A stretch of 64,000 bases of DNA from Thermodesulfobacteriota bacterium (GTDB lineage: Bacteria; Desulfobacterota; Desulfarculia; JACQYL01): assembly GCA_963675595.2 (NCBI GenBank), contig CAXXLZ010000001.1:608001-672000 (forward strand). The letters run 5' to 3'. Under the pieces are notes generated by a model. It was not told the origin of the DNA. It saw only the letters and a program-made list of their open reading frames with translations, and ran no database searches. A program made the translations under genes and the position numbers. Shown here piece by piece: positions 8,758-18,707 of this stretch. The number at the start of each line of letters is the position of its first letter. Position 1 is the first letter of the stretch.

Positions 8758-11283
8758 CGCGGCTCTGTTTTCGTCCAGCGTTTGCCGCACGGCTTCCATG
8801 ATCTCACGGGCGGTGAGGGGCTTCATAAGGACGCGCTTGATGCCCGCCTCCCGGACTATTTCCGGTGAAATGCGTGAGCTGTACCCCGTGCAGATGATGA
8901 CCGGCAGGTCCGGCCGAATTCGGTGGATTTCTTTGGTGAGGTCAAGGCCGGTCATTCTCGGCATGGTCTGGTCGGTAACGACGAGGTCAAAGGCGTCCGG
9001 ATCCGCCTTGAACGCTTCCAATGCTTCCACGCTCGAGGTCCGGGCGGTCACCCGGTAGCCGAACAGGGTGAGGGTCTGTTCCCCGAGGTGCACGAGATTT
9101 CTTTCGTCGTCCACCAAAAGGATGTGCTCGGTGCCCCGGGGAGCGGAGCCCATGTCGACCCCATCGTCTTTTTCCGGCTTGGTGCCCATCACGGGCAAGT
9201 ACACACGAAACTCGGAGCCCTCGCCCGGCACGCTGGTCACCGTAATGGCGCCCCCATGGGCTTTGACGATACCGTGAGCCACGGCGAGTCCCATGCCCGT
9301 GCCCCGGCCGGTCTCCTTGGTGGTGAAGAACGGATCGAATATGCGATCCATGGTTTCCCGGCCCATTCCTTGGCCGGTGTCCGAGACGGTCAATTCGAAG
9401 TAGGCCCCGAGATTCAGTTCCGCATGCCCCGCGATCGACTGCCCATCCAGGTCCACTCTCCTGAGGCCGATCTTCAGCGTTCCGCCGCGGTCTTCCATGG
9501 CGTGAGCCGCATTGGTGCACAGGTTCATCAGCAACTGGTGAAGCTGGGTGGCATCGGCCAATACGTTGTCAGATCCCTCTTCGAGGTCTTGGATGATCTC
9601 AATGGTCGCGGGGAGCGTAGCTTTCAGCAGCTTGAGCGTTTCCGCGACGACCTGGGCCGGGTTGATGCTCTTCTTCTCCGGTTCGCTGTGTCTGCTGAAG
9701 TTCAATATCTGTTGGACCAGGTCCTTGGCCCTGAGTCCTGATTTCACGATCTGTTCCAGACATTCCTTGTTGGTCGGCCCGCGGGCGACATCCATCAGGG
9801 CGAGTTCGGCATATCCCATGATAGCTGCTAAGATGTTATTGAAATCATGGGCAATTCCTCCTGCCAACGTGCCTATCGCTTCCATCTTCTGCGCCTGACG
9901 AAGTTGGGCCTCCAACCGGGTTTTCTCCTCCTCGGCCCGCCTGCGTTCGGTAATGTCTTCAGAGATGCCGAGCAGGGACGTGACCTCGCCCGAGTCGTTC
10001 CTCACCGGAATCTTGATGGTGCGAGCCAGGTAATATACTCCGTCGACAACGAACGATTCCTCGAACTCCATCTCGCGTCCCGACTCCATGACCGTCGAGT
10101 CGTCCCTTCGGTATTTCTCGGCGAAGTCTTTGGGGAAGAATGCGAAGTCGTTCATGCCCAAAAAGGCTTCGGGTTTCAGATGTAGACTGGACGCGTAGGA
10201 CTCGTTGACGAAAAGGTAGACGGAATTACGGTCCTTCAAGAACAGTCTCTGAGAAATGTTCTCAACAATGGCGCTGTTGAGGGCTTCGCTTTTCCGCAGC
10301 GATTCTTCCGCTTTTTTCCGCTCCTCCGCTTCCTTGACAATACCCCACGCCTTCATCCCGTAGTAGGAAAAGAACAAGCTGGTCAAAAAGATCAGGACAA
10401 TAACGGCAAGAATCTTGTTCTTGAAACCCACTAGATTGGACAGTATTTCGTCTTCGCTCGAAGCGACAACGATGGTCCAAAAGCTGTCGGCTATTTTGAT
10501 GGGCAGATAGACGGCGCGTTTCTTGGTTCCTTCCGTCCTCAGGCCTCGGATTCGATCGAACAGGTAGGTGGCGGTCCCGGCTTTTCCCTTTACCATCTTG
10601 TTGGCCATGGCAATGACATCGGGAAAATCCCTGCACGTTTCGAAAATGGAAGCGCCCGTATGCTCCGGAACAGGACAGTAAAGCTCTGTCCCGTTTCTGC
10701 TGATCATCCAAGCATAACCCGTTTCCCCCACTTTAATTTCATGCAGAAAACGCTCCGAAAGAGTCGGAAAATCGATCAGCACGGCGAGCGTCCCTCTGAA
10801 TTCCTTCCTTTCGAATACCGGAACGTGTAAAGCCACGGCCCGATAGCCCTGAACCGCATCGAAGACGTCGCTCACCACGGGGAGACGGGACTCCAGAATC
10901 TTGTGGACATGTTCTTGCCGTGAGATGTCCTTACCCACGGCCGCCGGATCGTTTGGAGTGGTGTAGACAATCCTTCCGCGGGCATCCACACGAGTGATGG
11001 CCCTGATCGCTTCCGGAGAGACGCTTAAGGCGAAGTCCAGTTCCTTCCTGCCGGAAGGGTCCAAGTTTATGACATGATCCGATTTGGAAAGAGTGGTTAA
11101 AAAGTCGGTGACATTGATGAAATAGGATTCAATCTCCGTCTTTGCCTGTCTGGCGTGAATCATCTGCCGAGCGGTCAGATCGTAAAGGGCTTGGTTCTTC
11201 GCATCCAAATAGATCAGATGGAATAAGAACAGGGAACTGCACAGAATCAACAAAACAACGGAAATCAACGCCTTGTGTTTCAT
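8731..11283 (-). CDS. Hybrid sensor histidine kinase (TM-dCache-TM-PAS-HisKA-HATPase-REC)
   Basis: AGGIAHDFNNIL H-box, NLCTNA N-box, DTGQGM, FDPFFTTK, GTGMGL; C-terminal LLVDDE..TDQTMP receiver; two TM helices flanking a periplasmic domain. Confidence 0.92.
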   Translation of the reverse strand: MKHKALISVVLLILCSSLFLFHLIYLDAKNQALYDLTARQMIHARQAKTEIESYFINVTDFLTTLSKSDHVINLDPSGRKELDFALSVSPEAIRAITRVDARGRIVYTTPNDPAAVGKDISRQEHVHKILESRLPVVSDVFDAVQGYRAVALHVPVFERKEFRGTLAVLIDFPTLSERFLHEIKVGETGYAWMISRNGTELYCPVPEHTGASIFETCRDFPDVIAMANKMVKGKAGTATYLFDRIRGLRTEGTKKRAVYLPIKIADSFWTIVVASSEDEILSNLVGFKNKILAVIVLIFLTSLFFSYYGMKAWGIVKEAEERKKAEESLRKSEALNSAIVENISQRLFLKDRNSVYLFVNESYASSLHLKPEAFLGMNDFAFFPKDFAEKYRRDDSTVMESGREMEFEESFVVDGVYYLARTIKIPVRNDSGEVTSLLGISEDITERRRAEEEKTRLEAQLRQAQKMEAIGTLAGGIAHDFNNILAAIMGYAELALMDVARGPTNKECLEQIVKSGLRAKDLVQQILNFSRHSEPEKKSINPAQVVAETLKLLKATLPATIEIIQDLEEGSDNVLADATQLHQLLMNLCTNAAHAMEDRGGTLKIGLRRVDLDGQSIAGHAELNLGAYFELTVSDTGQGMGRETMDRIFDPFFTTKETGRGTGMGLAVAHGIVKAHGGAITVTSVPGEGSEFRVYLPVMGTKPEKDDGVDMGSAPRGTEHILLVDDERNLVHLGEQTLTLFGYRVTARTSSVEALEAFKADPDAFDLVVTDQTMPRMTGLDLTKEIHRIRPDLPVIICTGYSSRISPEIVREAGIKRVLMKPLTAREIMEAVRQTLDENRAAHGILGKTS

Positions 11284-11379
11284 TGTTGCATCCAGGGATA
11301 TTGCGGTATCTGCTGAAATGCCGGAGACGGATATGGTCGCCCGGCTGAAAGGATTCAGGTGAAATGTTAAGGGTTATCG

Positions 11380-11760
11380 AGTAACAGGGGAGACTTTTTC
11401 GACAGAGTCTCCCCCTGTTCTCTCCAAAGTCTTTCAAGGATGCCTCACCGCCTCCGGCGAAGAGGAGGTCAAGAAATGGACTTGGACGTCCCGTGAGACT
11501 CTCCGGCAACCTAACGGGAGGGTATATGTTCACGGGGCATTCGGGAAAACCTCTCCAAACTTGTTGACCGGGCTGTCTTCTGCGCGTCGCGACCGCGGTC
11601 CGGGATTCCTTCCGCATAGGTTTCCGGGTCCGCAGTCTTCGAATTTTTCGACGAAAGCGTGCCGGCTTGCATACCCGAAGCGGCGGGGCCGGGAAAGCGA
11701 CCTTTCCCCGGAGACGGCATGAACAAAGACGGAAGTTCCCTCCCCCGTGAAGGCTTCCAC
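11380..11760. repeat. Degenerate palindromic repeat copies
   Basis: GGGGAGACTTTTTCGACAGAGTCTCCCC hairpin, CTCACCGCCTCCGGCGAAGAGG, and GTATATGTTCACGGGG...CCCCCGTGAAGG ends. Confidence 0.55.
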
Positions 11761-11785
11761 GGAGGGTTCCCGTTGCACGGCCGTC

Positions 11786-12625
11786 TTAATGAGCCGCCTG
11801 CGGCTCACTCGCTTGGGCCGTGTCCCCTTCGGGTACGTCCGGCGTTTCATGGCCCGTCTCAGCCATGGGGTTTATCGCCCTTTCGGGGTTCGACTCCACC
11901 GCTTGCAATATCTGTGTGACCTTGGATTCGGGGAGCCATTCCACTGCGCCCGTGCCAACGTCGTAAACGGCGCCCACTACTTTGACCTTGCCGCTCTTGA
12001 CGAGTTCGCGGGAGGCCGGGCTCTTCATGAAGAGGTCTTCCACGCCTTGCCACACGTTTTCAACGATGGCGGCCGGGATGATGTCGTCCCCGTGCACTTC
12101 CGGGTGGGCGGCCATGGCTCGTTGGACCGCGGGGATAATGTTGTCGACCAGTGCCGGGATATTACGCTCGAGAGCATGACCCTTGCCTTGGATTGCATGT
12201 GTGACCGCGGTCACCGCGCCGCACTGTGTGTGACCCAGAACTACCAGCACCGGTGTATGCACGTGGGCCAAGCCGTATTCGATGGAGCCCACTTCATCCG
12301 TGTCCGCCACGTTGCCGGCGACGCGAATGACAAAGATGTCCATAATGCCCGCGTCGAAGATTCTTTCCACAGGTACCCGCGAATCCGAGCACGCAATGAC
12401 CGTTGCGTAGGCATAATCAGCTTGGTTTTGGGTGCCCGCCAGACGTAACCGGTCGGACGATGTATGGGGATGCGTGCACTTGCCTTCGACAAAGCGGGCG
12501 TTTCCTTCCTTCAGCATGGTGACGACCGCATCGGGAGACGGCTTCGAGGCCGCCGTGATTCCTTGCGAAGCAAGAAAGAGGGACAAAAAACCTAAAATAC
12601 TTACGGTGATTCTCGATGATTTCAC
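11786..12625 (-). CDS. Beta-class carbonic anhydrase with signal peptide (periplasmic)
   Basis: LKEGNARF, ACSDSRVP, RVAGNV, LGHTQCGAV zinc ligands; hydrophobic N-terminus after a GTG start. Confidence 0.9.
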   Translation of the reverse strand: MKSSRITVSILGFLSLFLASQGITAASKPSPDAVVTMLKEGNARFVEGKCTHPHTSSDRLRLAGTQNQADYAYATVIACSDSRVPVERIFDAGIMDIFVIRVAGNVADTDEVGSIEYGLAHVHTPVLVVLGHTQCGAVTAVTHAIQGKGHALERNIPALVDNIIPAVQRAMAAHPEVHGDDIIPAAIVENVWQGVEDLFMKSPASRELVKSGKVKVVGAVYDVGTGAVEWLPESKVTQILQAVESNPERAINPMAETGHETPDVPEGDTAQASEPQAAH

Positions 12626-13257
12626 GGCAATTCCTTTCTTTAGGCGGCTGATCTTAATTATCGAACAGTGTGTGCCCTGTCCATGTTCAAACAGGATTGT
12701 CATGGAAAGGAAGCACCCTCATTCCAAGTGAACAGGCCAAGCTTCATCTCCGGGCGTGATGACGGATGTGCGGGGCACCCACTCCGAAAGGGCGCTCCGA
12801 CACGCCGTGGGCCGGTAACCGCCGCGCGCCTTCTCATTTCCTCGATCATGTCGTGGTTTCAGGAACGATGTCAAAATAATCCCTTGTTCCGTGGAGAAGT
12901 CGGGAGGAAAAGGACTTTGAGTCTCTCTGAACGGGAACATTGCTTTCAGAGGGAGGCGATCTTCTCCTGAGCCCCGCCCGAAGTTCTTTCGTGTTCCGGC
13001 GCTTCTTATTCCAGATCAGTGGAATGATTATAGTCCGGTTTCCGGCCATAAGTCCACTTCGCATATGAGCCATCGCGTTCCTTTGCCGCGCGGGACCGGC
13101 AAAGCCCGACCGAGCGCTCTCCTGATCTTTGATCTTGATGGGGTAAGGACTTCGTTGAAGGTTTTTCACCGTCAACGGCACACCACGGGGATCACCTCCG
13201 CGGATTTCATTTTGGATTCCGCATCATTGTTTCGAGCCGGGAGAGCGTGAATTCCGA

Positions 13258-13536
13258 TCAAATATTCTTAAGCAAATCCTCCAACACCAGCACCGGCTGG
13301 ATATCGATGGCGGCGTCCAACTTCGTGAAGAGAGGCTCATTGATCGTTGCCATCCGCGTCTGGTCCGTCTCCTCGAAGACCACCATTCCGCTGCGCTTGC
13401 CGTCCTGCAAATAGAAATAGGCGGATTCGGGCCGCACTTGGTCGATGAGTTCTTTGATCGCCTTTGCCAAGGAGCCGTCGGCGCCGGCTTGGTTGCCTTT
13501 TTCAACGGGGATGGTGAATCTCAACATCAAACGCAT
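13258..13536 (-). CDS. Small conserved protein, DUF3303/GYD-like ferredoxin fold
   Basis: MRLMLRFTIPVEKGN..RPESAYF..GKRSGMVVF..EPLF..PVLVLEDL pattern; GGAGG RBS. Confidence 0.65.
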   Translation of the reverse strand: MRLMLRFTIPVEKGNQAGADGSLAKAIKELIDQVRPESAYFYLQDGKRSGMVVFEETDQTRMATINEPLFTKLDAAIDIQPVLVLEDLLKNI

Positions 13537-13669
13537 GGAATCCTCCTGAATTCGTTGGATCATGGCGGATCGAGAAGGTGTGAACGGAAAATATTTGAGA
13601 GAAACCTTAGGGGCAAGGCCTCCCTCGACCTCTCTTCCACCGTCACGCGGCCGTTGGATCACTCTCTCA

Positions 13670-14134
13670 TTACTTACGTTTCAGGGAGAAACGGATCACC
13701 AAGGCATTGGGACCGCTTTCCGTGTAAACCGCCTTCATGGTGTCGGGTCCCTCCAGGTAGGCGTGGATATAGCCCGTATCCCCATGTTCTGCGATGTAGA
13801 GGGTCTTTCCGTCCCACCCGATCACTCCGACGAAAGGTTCTTCGGCGCTGGCGATGCGTTTTCCCTCGAATTCCGTGAGGGCTTCTTTCGCGTCGGTATG
13901 CTCCCACGCGTTGACTCCCCGGAAATAGGCGCCGTCCTGCTCGGTAATCCGGAGCTCGATTCCTCCCACTCGATGGCCCTCATGGAAGAAAGCCTTCAGG
14001 TAGGCTTTGCCCTCAACGCCGGACCACGTGCCGACCAGGTTCGGCAGAGAGTCGGTCCCTTCATCCGCAAAGGCATTGGAAAAACCCAGGGTACAGCACA
14101 AAACGATCAGAAAACCTGCGAAACAACCTTTCAT
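13670..14134 (-). CDS. Secreted beta-rich hypothetical protein
   Basis: Signal peptide (AFA cleavage) then LPNLVGTWSG; GGAGG RBS. Confidence 0.7.
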   Translation of the reverse strand: MKGCFAGFLIVLCCTLGFSNAFADEGTDSLPNLVGTWSGVEGKAYLKAFFHEGHRVGGIELRITEQDGAYFRGVNAWEHTDAKEALTEFEGKRIASAEEPFVGVIGWDGKTLYIAEHGDTGYIHAYLEGPDTMKAVYTESGPNALVIRFSLKRK

Positions 14135-14613
14135 GTTGTCCTCCTTTATTGGGTTCACTGCGGAACTGCAGAGTCGTCATCAGAAGTCCGGGGCGCTTCC
14201 CGGACCTGGCCGGTGAGCGATTCTTCCGGTTCGTCGAGGCTCCCAAGTTTCCCAGATGAGTTGCCGAATGAAGAAGACAGGCGGGCCGCCCGGTGTCCGG
14301 GCTGATCCGATGGAAACCAAGTGAAAATAAAACGTAACATATAGAATGCAAAAATTATATCGGGAATTGTGTTTATATACAACGTTTCCCTGCTTGAAGA
14401 AGTCGGCCCGCTTCCGCTCCTTCCCGGCAATGACTAGCCCAAGTCTTCATAAGAGTTCCCACGGTTTGCCCTTTCGCCGCCATTTCCCAGTTCGTAGTCG
14501 TGCACAGAGCTGCCGGTGAGCACATGTTCTTCCCTCCCACGAATGGTTACTCCTCCTCAGTCGTCGCTTCGACGCAGAGAGTCCGCAACGGTGTTCGCCT
14601 GCTGAAAAAAATG

Positions 14614-14639
14614 GGAACTTTTCTCGACGCCGATTGTAT
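14614..14639 (+). promoter_or_regulatory. Candidate ECF-sigma autoregulatory promoter
   Basis: GGAAC-N17-GTAT about 50 bp upstream of the ECF sigma start. Confidence 0.4.
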
Positions 14640-14690
14640 GTTGGGTATGGAAGCGGTTGCGGAACGCCTCGGAAGGAGATTGTGGGATCG

Positions 14691-15230
14691 ATGACGGATG
14701 ATCTGGGGGAAAAGGAGCTGATTGCGCGCGTTCGGGAGGGACGAATCGATGAGTTCGGGCGTTTGGTTTCCCTTTACGAAGGCGCTTTGTTCCGCATCGT
14801 GGGCAACATCGTGCCCTCGGCCCTGGTGGAGGACGTGGTGCAGGAAGCCTTTCTCTCGGCCTTCCGGAATCTTCGGCGCTTCGATCCGGCGCTGGGCGCC
14901 TTCCGGACCTGGCTCTTTCGCATCGCCCGCAACCATGCTCTGAACGCCTGCAAGAAGAAACGGGAACTGCCCATGGAGGAGCCGCCGGTGGTCGTGGACC
15001 CTCATACCCCCATGGACGACCTGCTGCGCCGGGAAGCTTTTCAGCAACTGGACCGGGCGCTTGCGGAACTGAGCTTTCATGAACGGGTGATTTTCGTTCT
15101 GGCGGAGCTGGAAGGTCTGCCCTATGCGGAAATCGCGCAAATTGAGGGGCTCAGATTGGGGACGGTCAAATCCAGGCTCGCGCGGGCCCGCGCCCGACTG
15201 CGGGCCTCATTGCGAACCTACAGGAGTTGA
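14691..15230 (+). CDS. ECF RNA polymerase sigma factor (sigma-70 family)
   Basis: EDVVQEAFLSAF, FRTWLFRIARNHALN (region 2), LPYAEIAQI..GTVKSRLARAR (region 4). Confidence 0.92.
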   Translation: MTDDLGEKELIARVREGRIDEFGRLVSLYEGALFRIVGNIVPSALVEDVVQEAFLSAFRNLRRFDPALGAFRTWLFRIARNHALNACKKKRELPMEEPPVVVDPHTPMDDLLRREAFQQLDRALAELSFHERVIFVLAELEGLPYAEIAQIEGLRLGTVKSRLARARARLRASLRTYRS

Positions 15231-15233
15231 ACC

Positions 15234-15467
15234 ATGGATGACGAACTTCTGTATCGGGAATGGAAGGAACGGCGTCAAAACGTACCGGTTCCGCAAGATT
15301 TCAGCCGCCGCGTGACGACTCGTCTGTTTTCCGAAACCGAACGCCGACGAATGCGCTCATCGCTCGGCGCAAGGAGTGTTGCGGTGCGCTGGGCCGTGTC
15401 CGCGGGTCTGGCTTTGGTGGGGCTTTTGCGGCTGTCGCTGGTCACTTATAACCTGCTGGTGCCGTGA
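15234..15467 (+). CDS. Putative small membrane anti-sigma factor
   Basis: 77 aa immediately after the ECF gene; VPQDFSRRV motif and C-terminal TM helix. Confidence 0.6.
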   Translation: MDDELLYREWKERRQNVPVPQDFSRRVTTRLFSETERRRMRSSLGARSVAVRWAVSAGLALVGLLRLSLVTYNLLVP

Positions 15468-15621
15468 TTGTTTTGAATGACAGGGCCACCGGGGAAACAC
15501 GGTTCCCTCGGACCCCCCCTATGCGGGCTCCGTCCCGCCGGCGCGTGGCGAAGCCGAATCGGGGAGCTTGTCCGCTCTCCCTCGGCCTCGAAACAATATG
15601 ATTAATCATGAGGAGTCACTG

Positions 15622-16539
15622 ATGGATCCCACTCACAGCGGGACATGCAGCCGCAAACCCTGGCAGGCCGTGTTGCTTTCCGTGGCCGCCACCGGCCTGG
15701 GGCACATCTATTGTGGACGTTTGAGCAAAGGGCTGATCCTTTTTTTTGTGAGCTTCGCCTTTGCTCCCATCATCGTGGCGGCGGCAAACAGTGCGGCTTC
15801 CACCTTCATGCTGGCTTTGGTGATCACTTCCATCGCGGCCATGTTCTTTGTCTTCGTGTACGCGGCCGTGGACGCGGGTCTTTTGGCTCGGCGCATCAAC
15901 GGCCGGTACGAGCTCAAGGAGTATAACCGCTGGTTCATCTACCTTCTGTTCGTCGTGGTGGCGTTGGGATACCCCAGCAACCTGTCCTTCAGTATACGGG
16001 ACCACGTGCTGCAGGCCTTCAAAATCCCTTCCACAAGCATGGCTCCGAGCATTCTGCCCGGGGACCGCATCTTCCTCAACAAGGCGGTGTACGGCCTGGA
16101 ACCGATTAGACACGGCGACGCGGTGGTGTTCGTGTACCCCAACGATCGACGTCTCGACTATATCAAGCGCATCGTTGCGTTGCCCGGCGACACCATCGAG
16201 ATTCGCGACAATGTGGTGCTGATGAACGGGCGGGAGTGGGAATACCGAGAGCCCGGCATGCAACCGAACCTCAACTTTGAACTCGAACCGGCTTCCCGCG
16301 TGCTCATGGAGGATAACGGAGAGCGAGCCTATCCGGTGATCGTGGATGAGGAGCATCCGGTGAACATGCGGCGGTTGGTCGTACCCAATGGATACTGCTT
16401 CGTGCTGGGGGACCATCGAAACCGAAGCAAGGACAGCCGCGTGTTCGGTCCCGTTCCTCTGGCGGACGTGAAAGGGCGGGTGGACTACATTTACTGGCCC
16501 GCATTGTCCTGGGACCGATTGGGACGGTACGGCGGTTAA
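15622..16539 (+). CDS. lepB: Signal peptidase I with multi-TM N-terminal extension
   Basis: AFKIPSTSMAPSILPGD (catalytic Ser), YIKRIVALPGD (Lys), GDHRNRSKDSR. Confidence 0.88.
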   Translation: MDPTHSGTCSRKPWQAVLLSVAATGLGHIYCGRLSKGLILFFVSFAFAPIIVAAANSAASTFMLALVITSIAAMFFVFVYAAVDAGLLARRINGRYELKEYNRWFIYLLFVVVALGYPSNLSFSIRDHVLQAFKIPSTSMAPSILPGDRIFLNKAVYGLEPIRHGDAVVFVYPNDRRLDYIKRIVALPGDTIEIRDNVVLMNGREWEYREPGMQPNLNFELEPASRVLMEDNGERAYPVIVDEEHPVNMRRLVVPNGYCFVLGDHRNRSKDSRVFGPVPLADVKGRVDYIYWPALSWDRLGRYGG

Positions 16540-17264
16540 GGGTACATGGATCCGGATCGTCTGCAAGGCGGCAGGTCGTTCCATTGGAAATCGTCCTCTC
16601 CGAGGTCGTGGGAAGGGAGGTCCTGAACACTCTTGAGATATTGCTCGACGGCTTCTTCCCGGTCTTTCTCCATCGTCTCGAATTGGAGCCCGAATTCCGT
16701 GAAATCGCCGTTCACGGAGGAGTTCCGGCAGGTTGCCCGCAGTTCTTGTCGGTCGGCGATTCCTGGGAAAGAACAGGACAATCGGACCTCTTCGCCGAGT
16801 CGGAGGCCGTCAAGGATTCTCTGCTTGGACCGGAACCGGCAGCCCGCCTCGCTGATGTCGGTGATGATCCCTTGATATCGATCCATCCCCACCGTCAGTT
16901 CGGCCGGAAGACGGCAGTCCATGCGGGTCGAGGTTCTCAGGTTCAAGTTTTCAACCACTTCCGGGCACTTGACGAAAACCAGCTTGAACGGCCGCTGGAA
17001 ATGATGGCCCACAACAGTGCTCTTAAATCCATACACCTTGCCGGAATGCATATATCGGCAAACCACGCGCTGGTCTTCAAACAGCAGGCGCTTGATGTCG
17101 GCGATTTGGCGGCTATGGAAAATCAGATACTCCTGCGGGAATTGACCGAGCAGGTAGCCCTTGACGCGACCGGGTACGCCTTCCAGCTCCAACTGCACCT
17201 GGGTGCCCGCTTCGAAGAAGAGGTTCCCCGTTTGCTCCGACGTGATTGAGTTGCATGCGTCCAT
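16536..17264 (-). CDS. PilZ-domain / YcgR-like c-di-GMP-binding (flagellar brake-type) protein
   Basis: RxxxR (LRTSTR) and DISEAG PilZ motifs preceded by a YcgR-N-like domain. Confidence 0.85.
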   Translation of the reverse strand: MDACNSITSEQTGNLFFEAGTQVQLELEGVPGRVKGYLLGQFPQEYLIFHSRQIADIKRLLFEDQRVVCRYMHSGKVYGFKSTVVGHHFQRPFKLVFVKCPEVVENLNLRTSTRMDCRLPAELTVGMDRYQGIITDISEAGCRFRSKQRILDGLRLGEEVRLSCSFPGIADRQELRATCRNSSVNGDFTEFGLQFETMEKDREEAVEQYLKSVQDLPSHDLGEDDFQWNDLPPCRRSGSMYP

Positions 17265-17526
17265 GCCTAACCGCCTTCTTCCGGCTTGTGGCCGGCTACG
17301 GGAGAAAAAGTGAAAATCCACCGTCCACGTGACTTCAGGCGCTTCCAACAAGACCGAGTAAGCCATTATCGCGCGTGAATCTCGCGGCTTTCTACAGGAG
17401 AACATCGTCAAAATTGTGAAGAAAGGAGTCTCAGGGGAGGGCGACGCCCTCGGCTTCGGAAGGGGAACCGAAACCGTCCAATGCCGGGAGACCTTCACGG
17501 CGGAGGCTCCCGGCGTTTTCGCTTTC

Positions 17527-18675
17527 TCAAAATCCCATCGTTTTGCCGATAATCTGCTTCATGATTTCCGTGGTGCCCGCGAATATGGACATGACGCGCA
17601 CGTCCCGATACCATCTGGAAATGGGGTATTCGTCCATGTAACCATACCCGCCGTGCAGTTGGACGCACTGGTAGGCCACGCGGTTGACCATCTCCGCCAG
17701 CCACCATTTGGCCATGGACACGCGTTTGACGATGTCCTTGCCCGACAGATGTTCCGCCAGGAGCGAGTTCAGGAAGTTTCTGCCGATTTCGATTTCCGTG
17801 GCCATTTCGGCGAGTTTGAAAGTGTTGTGTTGCAGACTGCCGATGGCTTGCCCGAAGGCCTTTCTCTCCCTGCAATACCGAGCGGTCATTTCCAGCATGG
17901 TTTCCGCGGAGGCCTGGGCCATTACGGCACAGACCAGCCGCTCCTGCTGGAGGTTCCTCATCATGTGCTGAAACCCTCTGTTCTCCTCCCCCAGCAGGTT
18001 CTCCAGAGGCACTCTGCAGTCCTCGAAAACGAGCTCGCAGGTATCGGACATGCGTAGGCCCATTTTTTCCAGCTTCTTACTCTTGGTGAAACCCGGGGTG
18101 CCGTTCTCCACCACGATGAGGCTGATCCCTTGGTGAGGCGCCTCCGCTTCGGGGTCCGTCACGCAGGCGACAATGGCCAGATCGCAGGAGGCGCCCAGAG
18201 AAATGAAGGTTTTCACTCCGTTGACGACCCAATGGTCGTCCTGTTTCTTCGCCCGGGTGGTAATGGCCTGCAGGTCCGAACCCGCGTTGGGTTCCGTCAT
18301 GGCCACGGCCATGATCGTGTCCCCGGTCACTGCTCCCGGCAACCAACGGGTCTTCTGTGCCTCAGTGCCGAAGTCCTGAATGTAGGGCGCCACAATGTCC
18401 GAATGGATGCACACGAAAAATCCCAAAGCGCCGACGTTGACCAGCACCTCGGTGATGACGGCCGAATATAGGAAGTCGGTGGCGAGCCCTCCATATTCCT
18501 CTTCCACCCAGGGGCACAAGAACCCCTGTTCGCCCATGCTCTTCCAGGCGTCTTTGGGGATGAATCCCTGTCGTTCCCAGGCTTCGAGGAAGGGAACAAT
18601 TTCCTTTTCCGCGTATTTTCGGAAAGATTCCCTGAAAATCCGATGCTCTTGCGTGTAGATCGAGTCTTCGGTCAT
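17527..18675 (-). CDS. Acyl-CoA dehydrogenase
   Basis: AMTEPNAGSD, NGVKTFIS, KMGLRMSDT, QLHGGYGY, IFAGTTEIMK. Confidence 0.93.
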   Translation of the reverse strand: MTEDSIYTQEHRIFRESFRKYAEKEIVPFLEAWERQGFIPKDAWKSMGEQGFLCPWVEEEYGGLATDFLYSAVITEVLVNVGALGFFVCIHSDIVAPYIQDFGTEAQKTRWLPGAVTGDTIMAVAMTEPNAGSDLQAITTRAKKQDDHWVVNGVKTFISLGASCDLAIVACVTDPEAEAPHQGISLIVVENGTPGFTKSKKLEKMGLRMSDTCELVFEDCRVPLENLLGEENRGFQHMMRNLQQERLVCAVMAQASAETMLEMTARYCRERKAFGQAIGSLQHNTFKLAEMATEIEIGRNFLNSLLAEHLSGKDIVKRVSMAKWWLAEMVNRVAYQCVQLHGGYGYMDEYPISRWYRDVRVMSIFAGTTEIMKQIIGKTMGF

Positions 18676-18707
18676 TTCGACCTCCTTCGGGACCTGGAAG
18701 GAGAAGA

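Noticed and set aside
2108-11760. Recurrent palindromes as a CRISPR array
   Set aside because: The copies are dispersed and degenerate, with no regular repeat-spacer period and no cas genes.
12700-13250. Possible c-di-GMP riboswitch (CCGAAAGG) or small ORFs upstream of the carbonic anhydrase
   Set aside because: The GCAAA/GACGCAAAGC context is missing and the orientation is wrong; the ORFs have no recognisable motifs.
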